Below, one piece after another: positions 11,388 through 20,711 of a stretch of 64,000 nt of DNA. The first letter of the stretch is position 1; every line of letters begins with the position of its first letter. Source of the DNA: a virus (taxonomy: Duplodnaviria; Caudoviricetes); the IMG/VR virus record IMGVR_UViG_2627853766_000003; one strand, 5' to 3'. The notes under the pieces are model-generated. The model searched no databases. It was not told the DNA's origin and saw nothing but the letters and a program-made list of their open reading frames with translations. Position numbers and translations under genes: made by a program.

Positions 11388-11724
11388 GTGTCAATTATTC
11401 AAATAATTTCAAATGCTGCTCTATGCATTTTGGCTTTGCCGATATGTCGAGGGATGGGTTTTACGTTTGGATTTTGGTGCCATATATTTTATATACATCG
11501 GATTATTGTTCACATTTGCAGAGGCTGTTTTCCTCTATTCTTTGCTGGTCATTCAACCATAATTTATAACCAAAAATATAGAGGGAAAAATGGTTGTCAC
11601 AGATGGTCAAAATGAAGGTATATGGGGAAGAATAAGTCCGCTAGCGCGAAAAATTTATTGGATATATGCAGCGTTAGTTTTAGGAATTATTGGCAGCGCA
11701 TTGCTATTTAAATTTTTTCACTAA
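11388..11724 (+). pseudogene. Degraded orphan immunity-like membrane protein(s)
   Basis: AT-rich; hydrophobic peptide pieces in different frames (LDFGAIYFIYIGLLFTFAEAVFLYSLLVIQP*, KFYWIYAALVLGIIGSALLFKFFH*). Confidence 0.4.
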
Positions 11725-11845
11725 TTATGGTTTCGACGGATTTTTCTGCAAAATTTAGCTTTTATTTGTACCCTCACTTTTACTGCAAGACAGTTGTTTT
11801 TTTCAATCCTCTGCGCTCATCAATCAACAGGTAAAGGAATCAAAC

Positions 11846-12160
11846 GTGGTAACGACCAAGGCTACTGTAGACACATCAACCGGCGACAAGCTCTCTGAAC
11901 AGATCACGTATGATCCAAATCATCTGCTTGACGCTTTGATTGAAAAATTAAAACTGAAAAACGATGCCGCGCTATCACGCGCGCTCGAAGTCGCGCCGCC
12001 GGTCATAAGCAAAATCCGGCATCATCGTTTGCCGGTTGGTGCGTCGTTGCTGATTCGCATGTACGAAGTCACAGACCTAACTATCAGTGAGCTACGCGAA
12101 TTGATGGGCGACCGTCGCAGGAAATTCCGCATCAGCGACAAGCAGTTCAAGCCTCGCTGA
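11846..12160 (+). CDS. Small HTH DNA-binding protein (Oxalobacteraceae-type)
   Basis: DPNHLLDALIEKLKLKNDAALSRALEVAPPVISKIRHHRLPVGASLLIRM; RBS AAGGA upstream of GTG. Family recognised from memory. Confidence 0.8.
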   Translation: MVTTKATVDTSTGDKLSEQITYDPNHLLDALIEKLKLKNDAALSRALEVAPPVISKIRHHRLPVGASLLIRMYEVTDLTISELRELMGDRRRKFRISDKQFKPR

Positions 12161-12179
12161 AAATTGAACATTCAGAATA

Positions 12180-12398
12180 ATGAAAGCACCTGATCCAACC
12201 GGTCTGCGTGGCGTCAATTCCTTTTCCTATAATTCGCTTCAGAGGTCTACGAAAGAAAATGAAAACCGTAGCTCTTCGCCGAGGCGAAATATCCGCATTG
12301 CTGTTGTTGCGATACTGCTGTCCGCGCTCTTTACCTATGGTTTTTTGCGTGTCATTCTGAGTTATCCAATCCAGCATCGCGTCGTGATTAGCAAGTAA
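12180..12398 (+). CDS. Small single-TM hypothetical protein
   Basis: 72-aa ORF with a C-terminal hydrophobic helix (IAVVAILLSALFTYGFL), co-oriented with the upstream gene. Confidence 0.4.
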   Translation: MKAPDPTGLRGVNSFSYNSLQRSTKENENRSSSPRRNIRIAVVAILLSALFTYGFLRVILSYPIQHRVVISK

Positions 12399-12589
12399 CC
12401 AATCTACCGCGCTGATACTAAATCCGTAAACTATTTATCGTCTTGCGACCTGTCTAAAGTGGATCACTAAGATACAGGTATCAAAGAAGGAAGCGACGCC
12501 TCGTGTAAATCGCGGGCTTTCGTATTCACAACCAGACTTCCGTATATAAGAATTTGCGCAACAGGTGTTTTACTAATTTCTAAGGGTAA

Positions 12590-13147
12590 GTGAATATGTC
12601 ATATGGAATTGAGTTTGGTCAAGCAATGCAGAGAACGTCAGCGTGGAGTCTGAAGCATGAGAATATTCCGCGCACCGATAAGCGTTATCTAACGCCAGAA
12701 ATGATGTGTAAAGTGACGGCATGTTTGCAAGAATGTATGGGCCATTTTGATGCGGAAAAAATAGCTGTTCAGTGTTTCGCATTCAGTGGGTTCGTACAGG
12801 ATGCGCTTGAAGAGGTGCTGGATGTGCCGCTGACCTATACGCTCGGTTTCGTGAAGTTGGGAAATAAGCCCATTTTTTATACATCGATGGAGGGATTGAA
12901 AGAAATGCTGGATGCTGGCCGACCAGCAACGGCAACATTGAACCTGCATGCGTGGCTGACGTTGCCGAGCGACGAAATCATCGACGTGACGTTCGGAACA
13001 ACGCTTGGCGTACTCAGAAATGAGCCGGAAATGATAGGTCGAATCGCCACCATTCACCCTGACGATATGGTTGGTGAGCATTCTTATCATCCTCAGTTGT
13101 TGGGCGATGATTTTTTACGGCGTATTGGTGTTCTGGTTGAGCTTTAG
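12590..13147 (+). CDS. Hypothetical protein (island cargo)
   Basis: 185-aa ORF with a C...H(AW)...D arrangement (QCFAFS / LHAWLTL / IIDVT) reminiscent of transglutaminase/papain-like folds. Confidence 0.65.
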   Translation: MNMSYGIEFGQAMQRTSAWSLKHENIPRTDKRYLTPEMMCKVTACLQECMGHFDAEKIAVQCFAFSGFVQDALEEVLDVPLTYTLGFVKLGNKPIFYTSMEGLKEMLDAGRPATATLNLHAWLTLPSDEIIDVTFGTTLGVLRNEPEMIGRIATIHPDDMVGEHSYHPQLLGDDFLRRIGVLVEL

Positions 13148-13175
13148 TATCCGCAACTTTGGCATTTCACAGGGC

Positions 13176-13203
13176 TTGTGCATTGCTGTTTTGGTTGTAT
13201 AGT
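13176..13203 (+). promoter_or_regulatory. Candidate sigma70 promoter for the downstream ncRNA
   Basis: TTGTGC (13176-81), 16-nt spacer, TATAGT (13198-13203). Confidence 0.45.
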
Positions 13204-13210
13204 GTGAGCA

Positions 13211-13374
13211 CTGCGGCACATTGAGTTTTCAATTTTCCGCATAATTTAGGCGAAAGCACGGCACTAGCTTACGTGAAGCTGCATCCTCGGATGGACCTGC
13301 TTGCCTGAAATTCGTTCACTGCGCACAATAGCCGCAGGAGCGACACCAAAGCCACCCTTGAGGTGGTTTTTTTT
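13211..13374 (+). ncRNA. Candidate structured small RNA
   Basis: CTGCGGC (13211-17) pairs with GCCGCAG (13331-37); AATTTAGGC..AGCA pairs with TGCT.GCCTGAAATT; two apical hairpins; promoter upstream and intrinsic terminator downstream. Confidence 0.55.
13348..13374 (+). terminator. Rho-independent terminator
   Basis: GCCACC-cttga-GGTGGT followed by a T run. Confidence 0.8.
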
Positions 13375-13665
13375 GTGTGCGCAGAATTTTCGGGACGTAA
13401 GACTGAAAGACAAAATCCCTATACCCACCTTCGGGTATATAGGAGCGGGACGCACAAGAGAATGAGTTGCGCAGTGTTTGCTCTGCGAAATGAGCAAAGC
13501 ACTTAAGCGCCTGACGACGAAAAAAGAGGGGGAGTTTAATTCGTACTCCCTGGTGGCACGTGGGTTATGATACCGAGGATCTCCAGAAATTTGGGACCCT
13601 TATTGCTGGTGTCCGCCGTCGATAACCGATGTTTCGAGCATAGCTGGCGCTGTTCAACTCAAGCC

Positions 13666-16035
13666 TCAGAGATTTACGCCGATCCCACCAGACATGCCCC
13701 CAGTAGCGATGTGAGCAATGCGCCGGTCACTCAAGTCTTGACCCACAGTGTCATTGCTACCTGCCACCTGTACCACAAGCGGCTTTGATGATCCAAACCT
13801 TTGCACAGATTGCACTGTCGGCGCATCTGGAATAGCCGGAACCGCGCTTATCGAAGTCACGTTCGGCATGGTCGGAATAATAGATGCCGACTGCACGGAC
13901 GACGGTATCTGCGATGCAGGCGCGATATTGATGCCTCCAACAGCCGAAGACGCTACAGCCGTCGCGCCCCCGCCTGCCAGCGCAGCCAACTTGTCCTTGT
14001 CAGCGGCCTGAATCGTACTGACCTTGCCTACCTTAAACCCCTCCATTTTACCCATGCCGTCGAGCAGCATATTCATTTCATCGCTCGACAGGTCTCCTAT
14101 TTTCTTGCCGCGTAAATCTAATCCCTTTGCATCAGCTGTTTTGTAAATTCTGTCAGCATACGCCTTAACATCTGCCTTGCCGGAGTAGTCGGAAATCGCA
14201 TACTTCGGCAGCATTTCCTCAATGGTTTTTTTCCCATGAGAAGACTTCAAAAGCTGTGCTTGAGCATCGCGACCAGATTCTGCTGAATCGAATACGGCAT
14301 TGCCCCATTGGTCAAGGTCGACAATTCCAGTGCCATAACGTTTCTGAGCCGCCGCGAGCGCGGCCTCCTTCGTCCGCTTGGTCTTGACAGTCTTGTCTGC
14401 GCTACCGGCATATTCAAATTTCAAATTTCCGGGATTATTGTTCCGCCATGCAGCCGTGCCGCCATCACGCTGCTCAACAGAGCCATCCTGATGTTCAAAA
14501 ATTCGAGTCATCCCAACCGCTTTAACCAGCCGCACAATGGGACTCGCCATTTTCTCAGCGCGCCCTTTCACGTAACCGCCAGCCGCACTAGCACCAGTCT
14601 TAACAGCGTCACCGACTACAGCAGCACCTTTCTTTACATCCTCGACTACCGGAGCGACGGCAGCCTTGGCTTTGTCAATGATAGGTGCCACTACAGCTTT
14701 TGTCTTTTCAACAGTGACAGCGGCCACTTCTTTAACCTTAGCTACTGTCGCATTGACATCAATACCTAGTTTGCTTTTCAAGAAGGCCTTTGCCCCATTA
14801 ATGACGGAATCCCAGGCTGCACCAACCGTCTTCGAGATATCGGATAGTTTGTCGGTTGCCGCCTTCCAGGAATCCTTGATGAACGCAACGGATGTGTCCC
14901 AAGCACCAGTGATCTGCGCGCCAATCTTTTCCCAGTCGAGGGTAGAAAGCCATGCGCCGACCAGCTCACCAACCTTGTCACCGACCATGCCACCAATGAC
15001 AGTACCTATAGGCCCACCGAGCAATGTACCGATACCGCCGCCGATAAGTGCGCCAACGCCGGAGCCTACGCCTGTAAAGCGACCTTTGCGATTTTCCTCC
15101 GGTGTTTTATCTGGATCGTCAGGACCAAATGCGCTGGTCGCCGCAGAGATGCCGGCGAATGCCGCTCCGATAAGCGGGATGCGACGGAATAATCCCTTCC
15201 CTAATCCGCCCATCAGACGACCGCCCCCCCTGAGCAGACCACCAAGCAGGCCGTCCCCACCTTTAAGCAGACCTCCGAGCGCGCCAAGACCAGGAATTTT
15301 AGTAAAAAGCCCACCGAGCATCGATAGGATACCGCCAGATTTTTCTCCAGCGCTATCCTTATGCTTATTCTCGCCTGCACGCCTGGCTTCGGCTAAATGG
15401 TAGGCAGAGTCTTCCTGACGCAAACCCCGTAGCTCATTCCATAAGCGCTTGTACCAGACAACCTTTTTGTCGTCAGCGCCTTTGCCGAATAACTTCGCCC
15501 AGCCACGACCAAGCGGTGCAACAATGGAGTGAAGTTCTTTCGCGGCTGCGATAGCAGGGGCAACATCTGGAGCCTTTACGACTGCCGCACCTACCACGCC
15601 ATGTACCGCCCCCATCGCTTTTTTTAGTGGATTGCGAATATCGAGTTCTTCATCGTCTTCTTGTGGCTCAGACGCCACCTTCTTTTTATTTGGACTGTTC
15701 TCTTTTTTCGTCTTTTCTTCTGGCTTACTTACCTTGGCGTTGGCCGGCAGGAATCGCCCATTCGCGCCGCGCTTAGCGGGCGTGGCTGGCGTAACCCTCA
15801 ACCTGGTCGCTCGTTCTGCGTTGACTGTAGCTGCTTTGGATTTTGGCGTGGCTATAACATTCTTAACTGCTACGTCATTTTTTTTCGCGGTTATTCTGGT
15901 CTGCACAGCCGCAGTAGACAACGATTCACGCAGGCTATGAACTTCGTTCCTGATCTCTGTCCAGAGTTTGAGCGCTCGTGCCCACTGCACCGGCTCTCCC
16001 TGGAGAAATCCCTTATCGTCGCTTTTCAATGCCAT
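13666..16035 (-). CDS. Tape-measure-like protein with C-terminal muralytic-type domain
   Basis: Gly/Leu-rich hydrophobic core (GGGIGTLLGGPIGTVIGGMVG), Trp-periodic helical repeats (W..S....K..W), and the AWRNNNPGNLK motif seen in virion-associated cell-wall hydrolase domains. Confidence 0.7.
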   Translation of the reverse strand: MALKSDDKGFLQGEPVQWARALKLWTEIRNEVHSLRESLSTAAVQTRITAKKNDVAVKNVIATPKSKAATVNAERATRLRVTPATPAKRGANGRFLPANAKVSKPEEKTKKENSPNKKKVASEPQEDDEELDIRNPLKKAMGAVHGVVGAAVVKAPDVAPAIAAAKELHSIVAPLGRGWAKLFGKGADDKKVVWYKRLWNELRGLRQEDSAYHLAEARRAGENKHKDSAGEKSGGILSMLGGLFTKIPGLGALGGLLKGGDGLLGGLLRGGGRLMGGLGKGLFRRIPLIGAAFAGISAATSAFGPDDPDKTPEENRKGRFTGVGSGVGALIGGGIGTLLGGPIGTVIGGMVGDKVGELVGAWLSTLDWEKIGAQITGAWDTSVAFIKDSWKAATDKLSDISKTVGAAWDSVINGAKAFLKSKLGIDVNATVAKVKEVAAVTVEKTKAVVAPIIDKAKAAVAPVVEDVKKGAAVVGDAVKTGASAAGGYVKGRAEKMASPIVRLVKAVGMTRIFEHQDGSVEQRDGGTAAWRNNNPGNLKFEYAGSADKTVKTKRTKEAALAAAQKRYGTGIVDLDQWGNAVFDSAESGRDAQAQLLKSSHGKKTIEEMLPKYAISDYSGKADVKAYADRIYKTADAKGLDLRGKKIGDLSSDEMNMLLDGMGKMEGFKVGKVSTIQAADKDKLAALAGGGATAVASSAVGGINIAPASQIPSSVQSASIIPTMPNVTSISAVPAIPDAPTVQSVQRFGSSKPLVVQVAGSNDTVGQDLSDRRIAHIATGGMSGGIGVNL

Positions 16036-16063
16036 GTTATATCACCGGTTGAAAGATTTGTGG

Positions 16064-16804
16064 CTAGGCAGACGCCATCGTGACACCCTGTAGACTAGTC
16101 TCGTGCGCTGCTGCTCGCGCCAGCATAAGGTCGGCACGACGGTTCAGAAATTTTCTTGTCGTCATCAGCGTAGCTTGAACATCATCGATTGCCCGCTGGA
16201 GGTTAGCGCCTCCCAGGATATCGTTCTGGAAATGCTTGTTTTGCCGGCACGACGTGTCGAACGCTTCAACCACGCGCTTCGCCTGAGCGAGCAAAGCGGT
16301 TAAATGTCCCTCCATTGGGGTCATATCGCTGGCATTTTTCAGGAGGATCGAGGCGAGGGACTGGCTTTGCTGCAAGATTTGCGCACGCACCGTGCGGATT
16401 ATCGCCATCTGTTCGGCAATCTTCGGGTCACGCTCCGGCTCGTCGGACAAACCCATAAGGTAGTCGGAACTGACGCCGTATGCCAGCGCGGCCCGGACAA
16501 TTGCCTTCCTGGAAATTGGGCTGTAGCCGCTCTCCATTTTAGAAAGCGCTGATGAGTTTTGATAGCCCAGCAGTTTGGCTGCTGCTATTTGCTCCAGATT
16601 GTTCAATCTGCGGGCGTTAATGAGGCGTATGCGAAGTGTTTCATCGAGCGGTCGACCAACGATAAACTCTCGCGCCTTCTGTCCCGAAAAATCCGCGATG
16701 GCTTTTGAAGTCAGCCATCTGCGGCAAGATTCAGTGTCTTGAATTTCTTCAATATCGTGGGCGTCCTCGATATCTATCTCGGAATCGGCGTCAAGATTGT
16801 TCAT
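16064..16804 (-). CDS. XRE-family HTH regulator
   Basis: RLINARRLNNLEQIAAAKLLGYQNSSALSKMESG...YGVSSDYLMGLSD. Confidence 0.85.
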   Translation of the reverse strand: MNNLDADSEIDIEDAHDIEEIQDTESCRRWLTSKAIADFSGQKAREFIVGRPLDETLRIRLINARRLNNLEQIAAAKLLGYQNSSALSKMESGYSPISRKAIVRAALAYGVSSDYLMGLSDEPERDPKIAEQMAIIRTVRAQILQQSQSLASILLKNASDMTPMEGHLTALLAQAKRVVEAFDTSCRQNKHFQNDILGGANLQRAIDDVQATLMTTRKFLNRRADLMLARAAAHETSLQGVTMASA

Positions 16805-16876
16805 TTATTTGGTCCTGTTGTGGAAATTAATTGTCGGTCAACCACCGCCAGGTGCTGCCGCTGGCGGCTCTGTGGC

Positions 16877-17668
16877 TTAGGTCGGCGTCATGAAGCGGCG
16901 CATATCGTCTTTGTCGTGCGCAGTCAGAGAGCAGAGGGTCATTGGGATGAGGATTTCCGTGTAGAAGCCGTTCGACTCTATTGGAGAAGACAGCGGCTCT
17001 CCAATCGACTCAATGACCATGGGCGCATACGTGCGGCGCTTGTAGGTGAAGCCGATCATCTGCGGAGCCTTAGAAGGAAGTAGGGCCGTGACGTAATCGG
17101 AGATACCGCTCTTTTTTGACATCACCCTCGCTACAAGACTGTCCTTGCTCAACTGCTGCGGAAGCGCCCAAAACCACAACTGCTGAAGCGGCGCTTCAAC
17201 TTCTGATTGCGCATCGAAATGCGCTCGGAAAAGCATAGTTAGGGTGATTTTCAGGGGGGGCATTCCGCTGAAAATCTGAGTGGAGTTCATCTTCGTAATG
17301 CCAGTGCGGCCCTGAACATCCTGAAGCGTTTTCGTTACGACGCCTGGATCGGAGGGGGATTGCGAAGACGAAGCAGTCTTACCGCCGCTCGGGGCTGCAC
17401 GAACATCATTCATAGCCCCGAGTAGCGCTCCCGATTGAAGCATCGCGACCAGTGCTGGAGCTTTTGTGTCAGGGCTACTATTCTCAAATGGCGACTGCCA
17501 ATTCAGCGTTGCGTCTAGATTCACCTCTGTCAGCGGTGCTTGCACTTCAATCATCTCTTGACCATCTCGAAGCCCATCTTTGTTCACTGGGTAGAAGCTG
17601 GCTATCAGTAATGGGTTCAAGCCCATCCAGTCGCTGCTCAAAATCGTGTTGTCGCTGGTGCTCTTCAT
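16877..17668 (-). CDS. Baseplate/tail-tube initiator-like protein (phage P1 PmgG / T4 gp48-like)
   Basis: Motifs LNWQSPFE, NSTQIFSGMPP.KITL...F...D...EV and SPIESNGFY match my recollection of the P1-type protein (NWEAPF, NS..VWEGG.PP, APRDSNGHF); not verified by search. Confidence 0.55.
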   Translation of the reverse strand: MKSTSDNTILSSDWMGLNPLLIASFYPVNKDGLRDGQEMIEVQAPLTEVNLDATLNWQSPFENSSPDTKAPALVAMLQSGALLGAMNDVRAAPSGGKTASSSQSPSDPGVVTKTLQDVQGRTGITKMNSTQIFSGMPPLKITLTMLFRAHFDAQSEVEAPLQQLWFWALPQQLSKDSLVARVMSKKSGISDYVTALLPSKAPQMIGFTYKRRTYAPMVIESIGEPLSSPIESNGFYTEILIPMTLCSLTAHDKDDMRRFMTPT

Positions 17669-17688
17669 AAGTGCGGCTCCAGTTAGAA

Positions 17689-18408
17689 TTATTTCAGGCG
17701 CTTGTTTTGCTCAGTCAATTGAGATTGACGAACTAACAGCGTAGGCAATTCGACTCCCTGAAGTCTCTCCATCCGAAACCGAGGAAAATCTTCTGTAAAC
17801 GACTGGAGCAACCGCTGCTTTGTTTCGAGTCCCTTGATTAGAAAGCGCCACGATTCAATTTGCTCAAAAGTTGGCTCAATCTTTATATCCAGCATTTGCT
17901 GTTTGCTCAGGCCCGCCGCTCGGTATTTTCCCTCGGCTTGATGCCGCGTTGTCTCGGCCGTCAAGATGCTATGGCGAAGCCGCTTAAGTTCTTTACCAAT
18001 TTCAAATTGACTGTCTCCGGCTGCGAGTAGCGCGGGTGTTACCTGGTTGCGGCGCTGCTTTGTGTAAGCATCCCATTGCTTCAAATCTGTTTTTGCCTGA
18101 GCGAGTTCACGGGACACGGCAGTATTAAAGTTGCGCAGAGTCGTTTCAATCGGCGTCGCATCAGCTTGCTCCGCCTGTACCGCGATTTGCAAAAAATGAA
18201 CTCGACCAACTGTTTGAAAAAGCTCAGTGAAAGATTGTTCAAGCTGCGAGAGCGCTCGGCTGACGACAGGGTCTTTGCCATTCGCGTTCGCTTCCGCCGT
18301 TTCCATGTCGAAAGTGAACTCTGGATCGGTTCCCGACTGTCCGGCGAGAATTGGCAAGAACACTGAAATAAATTCGGTTGTTGAGGGGAGTGCTTCAGAT
18401 TGTTTCAT
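17689..18408 (-). CDS. Hypothetical coiled-coil protein
   Basis: 239-aa ORF with RBS AGGAGG, first gene of the leftward operon containing the tail-like genes. Confidence 0.7.
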   Translation of the reverse strand: MKQSEALPSTTEFISVFLPILAGQSGTDPEFTFDMETAEANANGKDPVVSRALSQLEQSFTELFQTVGRVHFLQIAVQAEQADATPIETTLRNFNTAVSRELAQAKTDLKQWDAYTKQRRNQVTPALLAAGDSQFEIGKELKRLRHSILTAETTRHQAEGKYRAAGLSKQQMLDIKIEPTFEQIESWRFLIKGLETKQRLLQSFTEDFPRFRMERLQGVELPTLLVRQSQLTEQNKRLK

Positions 18409-19275
18409 GGGACCTCCTGTGGTGATGAGAGCAAAGTCTGTCTCACCGATGAAGCTGGCTAGCTCTAGGTTTTACGGAAATCGCTATTTTTAAGCTGGTT
18501 CGGCGTGAAGTCCAAGAAAACCAAAGCAAATGCGGCTGAACATCGGAAAATTCGCTAACCAGGTGAGTCCCGCCACGGGGCAACCTAGGATGCTGCGATA
18601 GGTAGCGTGCTGCCGGCCAAGCGACTTGATTCCGAGACAAATAGACCGGAAGCGCCCTGCATCACTGTTAAGGTGTTTTGCTGACGTCCTGCAAGTCTCT
18701 CGCGCACGCATAAGCATAAGAAAATTCAGGCCTACGCCGTAGCGTCCTGTCTCTAATTATGGAATTTCACGCAAGAAATAACCCGTCAGAAGTTGATTCC
18801 TTCATCAGGCATTTACAACGAAGATTTAAGGGCACCGGTTGAATTTGATTCTACCGGCGTCTCTTTTGGCACCCGAGGGGCGAGAAAGGTGCTCTAGATG
18901 GGACAACGAGTGTGACTTCAAGTCTTGATGGCTTGACGTTGGACGATCCCGCCTCTACTTCCAATCCCATACAGAGCACACGCAACAAATATAGCCACTC
19001 CGCAAACCCGCGTCAATGAAGGGCGCTGTAGATGCGCATCGGCGGCTTGTTTGACACTAAGTTTTGCGCTTCGATTTCACCATAAGTTTTGATAAGAGTT
19101 GCGATGCTTGCTCCTGTTTCAACTGTCGTGGGGCGTGCAACCGTTAGATGGCACTATGTTCGTGATTGTCCGAATATGGCTAAATATACCCATATGGAGC
19201 TATTTTATTAAAATATTGCACCATATGTTATTTTCCGTTAGCATCAATGGCATTGACACATTAATAGGAGAGCGC

Positions 19276-19515
19276 GTGACGCCGGATATCTTTAAGGGAA
19301 TGTTGGATGAACTAGGTTGGAAGTCTTCGGATTTTTGTCGCCAGGCTGGCGTTGGACGTAATACACCCAGCCGATGGTTAAATGGAGTTGTTCCTATACC
19401 CGCATGGGCCGGACGATTTCTTGAGCTAACGATTGAAATCAAACGGCTACATGAAAAGTACGTGGTTCCGCCAAAAATTTACGGCTTGGCTGAAACTGAC
19501 ACGGAAGAACTCTAG
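19276..19515 (+). CDS. Small HTH (Cro/XRE-like) regulator
   Basis: GTG at 19276 after AGGAG; LGWKSSDFCRQAGVGRNTPSRWLNG..PIP.W. Confidence 0.7.
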   Translation: MTPDIFKGMLDELGWKSSDFCRQAGVGRNTPSRWLNGVVPIPAWAGRFLELTIEIKRLHEKYVVPPKIYGLAETDTEEL

Positions 19516-19575
19516 AAAATTCTAGCAATTCAGACCAAAAGTCTGCACGACACATAGCACATAAGGAGCAATAAA

Positions 19576-20127
19576 TTGAGTTCACCAAAGCTGACGAATG
19601 AAAACAAATCCAGTCTTGCCGCTGGAGCACAGGTCGCAAAACGTATGCTGGCCGGCATTGAAGACTTAGTGCTTCACGCCAAAAAAACTCACTCGGACTT
19701 TGACATCCAGGCTGTCGTCGACCTTATCGACCACAGCTTGAATTGTCAGGGCGATATGCGGCGTGGCCTTATATTCGGACTGGCTGACTTCGTGGCGAGT
19801 TCAGTCGAGGGATGCGCCCCGGGAGCGAGCACTTGGGACCCGACTGAGCGGTTTTCTGCCATGCGCGACACTGGACCTGATGTAGTTGGGGGGCAGTTTG
19901 CTCCGGGTACAACAATGAACGCAACGTCCCTCATCAACAAAAAGAAACTGCTGACAATGATTCCGCTGGCCGACCGCACAATTTTTGACATGGAAAAACG
20001 CGGAGATTTCCCAACGCGCATCACCTTGAATAGTCGGAATGTGGCGTGGGATTTAGCCGAAGTGGAAGCTTGGATAGGTGCAAAAAAAACATCTAGCGAA
20101 CGAGCGCGACGCCCATTTGCAGCGTAA
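19576..20127 (+). CDS. alpA: AlpA-family regulator with N-terminal extension
   Basis: C-terminal ~70 aa: LINKKKLLTMIPLADRTIFDMEKRGDFPTRITLNSRNVAWDLAEVEAWI. Confidence 0.8.
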   Translation: MSSPKLTNENKSSLAAGAQVAKRMLAGIEDLVLHAKKTHSDFDIQAVVDLIDHSLNCQGDMRRGLIFGLADFVASSVEGCAPGASTWDPTERFSAMRDTGPDVVGGQFAPGTTMNATSLINKKKLLTMIPLADRTIFDMEKRGDFPTRITLNSRNVAWDLAEVEAWIGAKKTSSERARRPFAA

Positions 20128-20168
20128 AACGGGGTCAGGCGGCTTTGGTACGGAATAAAGGTAAAACG

Positions 20169-20393
20169 ATGAACACAGAATTCATGCTGCTGGCGATTTA
20201 CAACAAACCACGGCTAAGTATTGACGAGGTATGCGAAGCACTAGGTATCAGCAAGGCAACTGGTTACACGCACCGGTCGCTAGGAAAATTTGCCGTACCC
20301 ATGGCGGGCAATCCACTATCCGCCGACATACGGGACGTTGCCGAGGCGATTGATCGGCTAAGGGAAGCAGGGAAAGACGCTGCTGCGCACTAG
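20169..20393 (+). CDS. PrtN-like (pyocin activator / excisionase-type) DNA-binding protein
   Basis: MNTEFMLLAIYNKPRLSIDEVCEALG...ADIRDVAEAID. Confidence 0.7.
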   Translation: MNTEFMLLAIYNKPRLSIDEVCEALGISKATGYTHRSLGKFAVPMAGNPLSADIRDVAEAIDRLREAGKDAAAH

Positions 20394-20411
20394 ATGGTAG
20401 TCGCTCATACC

Positions 20412-20445
20412 AAGCCGGGAAGACCGAAATTTTCCCGGCTTTTTG
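20412..20445 (+). terminator. Intrinsic terminator
   Basis: AAGCCGGGAA...TTCCCGGCTT followed by Ts. Confidence 0.65.
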
Positions 20446-20711
20446 CCTGTCGTTACAGATAAATTACGGGAAACTTCTCTGGCGTCGATCAGATATTGAC
20501 ATAGAAGCCCTGGAAAAAACATCACTTGTATTAGTTCAAACTCGAACTGACACGTCATGTCCGATGCGATCGACTGCAAACGACCCATTGCAGAAATTGG
20601 CAATCTCGACTTGCCTAGCACCAGGCCGACGTTCACACCTTATAGAAGCTGCTCGCTACCCCATCCAAGTGTCCATGGACCGAACTCCGCCAACCACCTC
20701 ATTGTCCAAAG

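Larger units (their letters stand above)
12500..20500. mobile_element. Satellite-like or defective phage module A (tape-measure-like, tube-initiator-like, XRE, AlpA, PrtN-like; no integrase)
   Basis: Gene content only; boundaries are approximate and no att site was found. Confidence 0.5.

Noticed and set aside
12495-12555. Left att site of the island
   Set aside because: Looks like a boundary, but contains no copy of the tRNA-derived core.
13211-13337. Retron msr-msd
   Set aside because: Terminal inverted repeats are present but there is no reverse transcriptase in the window.
19072-19100. dif-like XerCD site (ATTTCACCATAAG...)
   Set aside because: The arm needs an insertion to match XerD and there is no matching XerC arm at 6-bp spacing.
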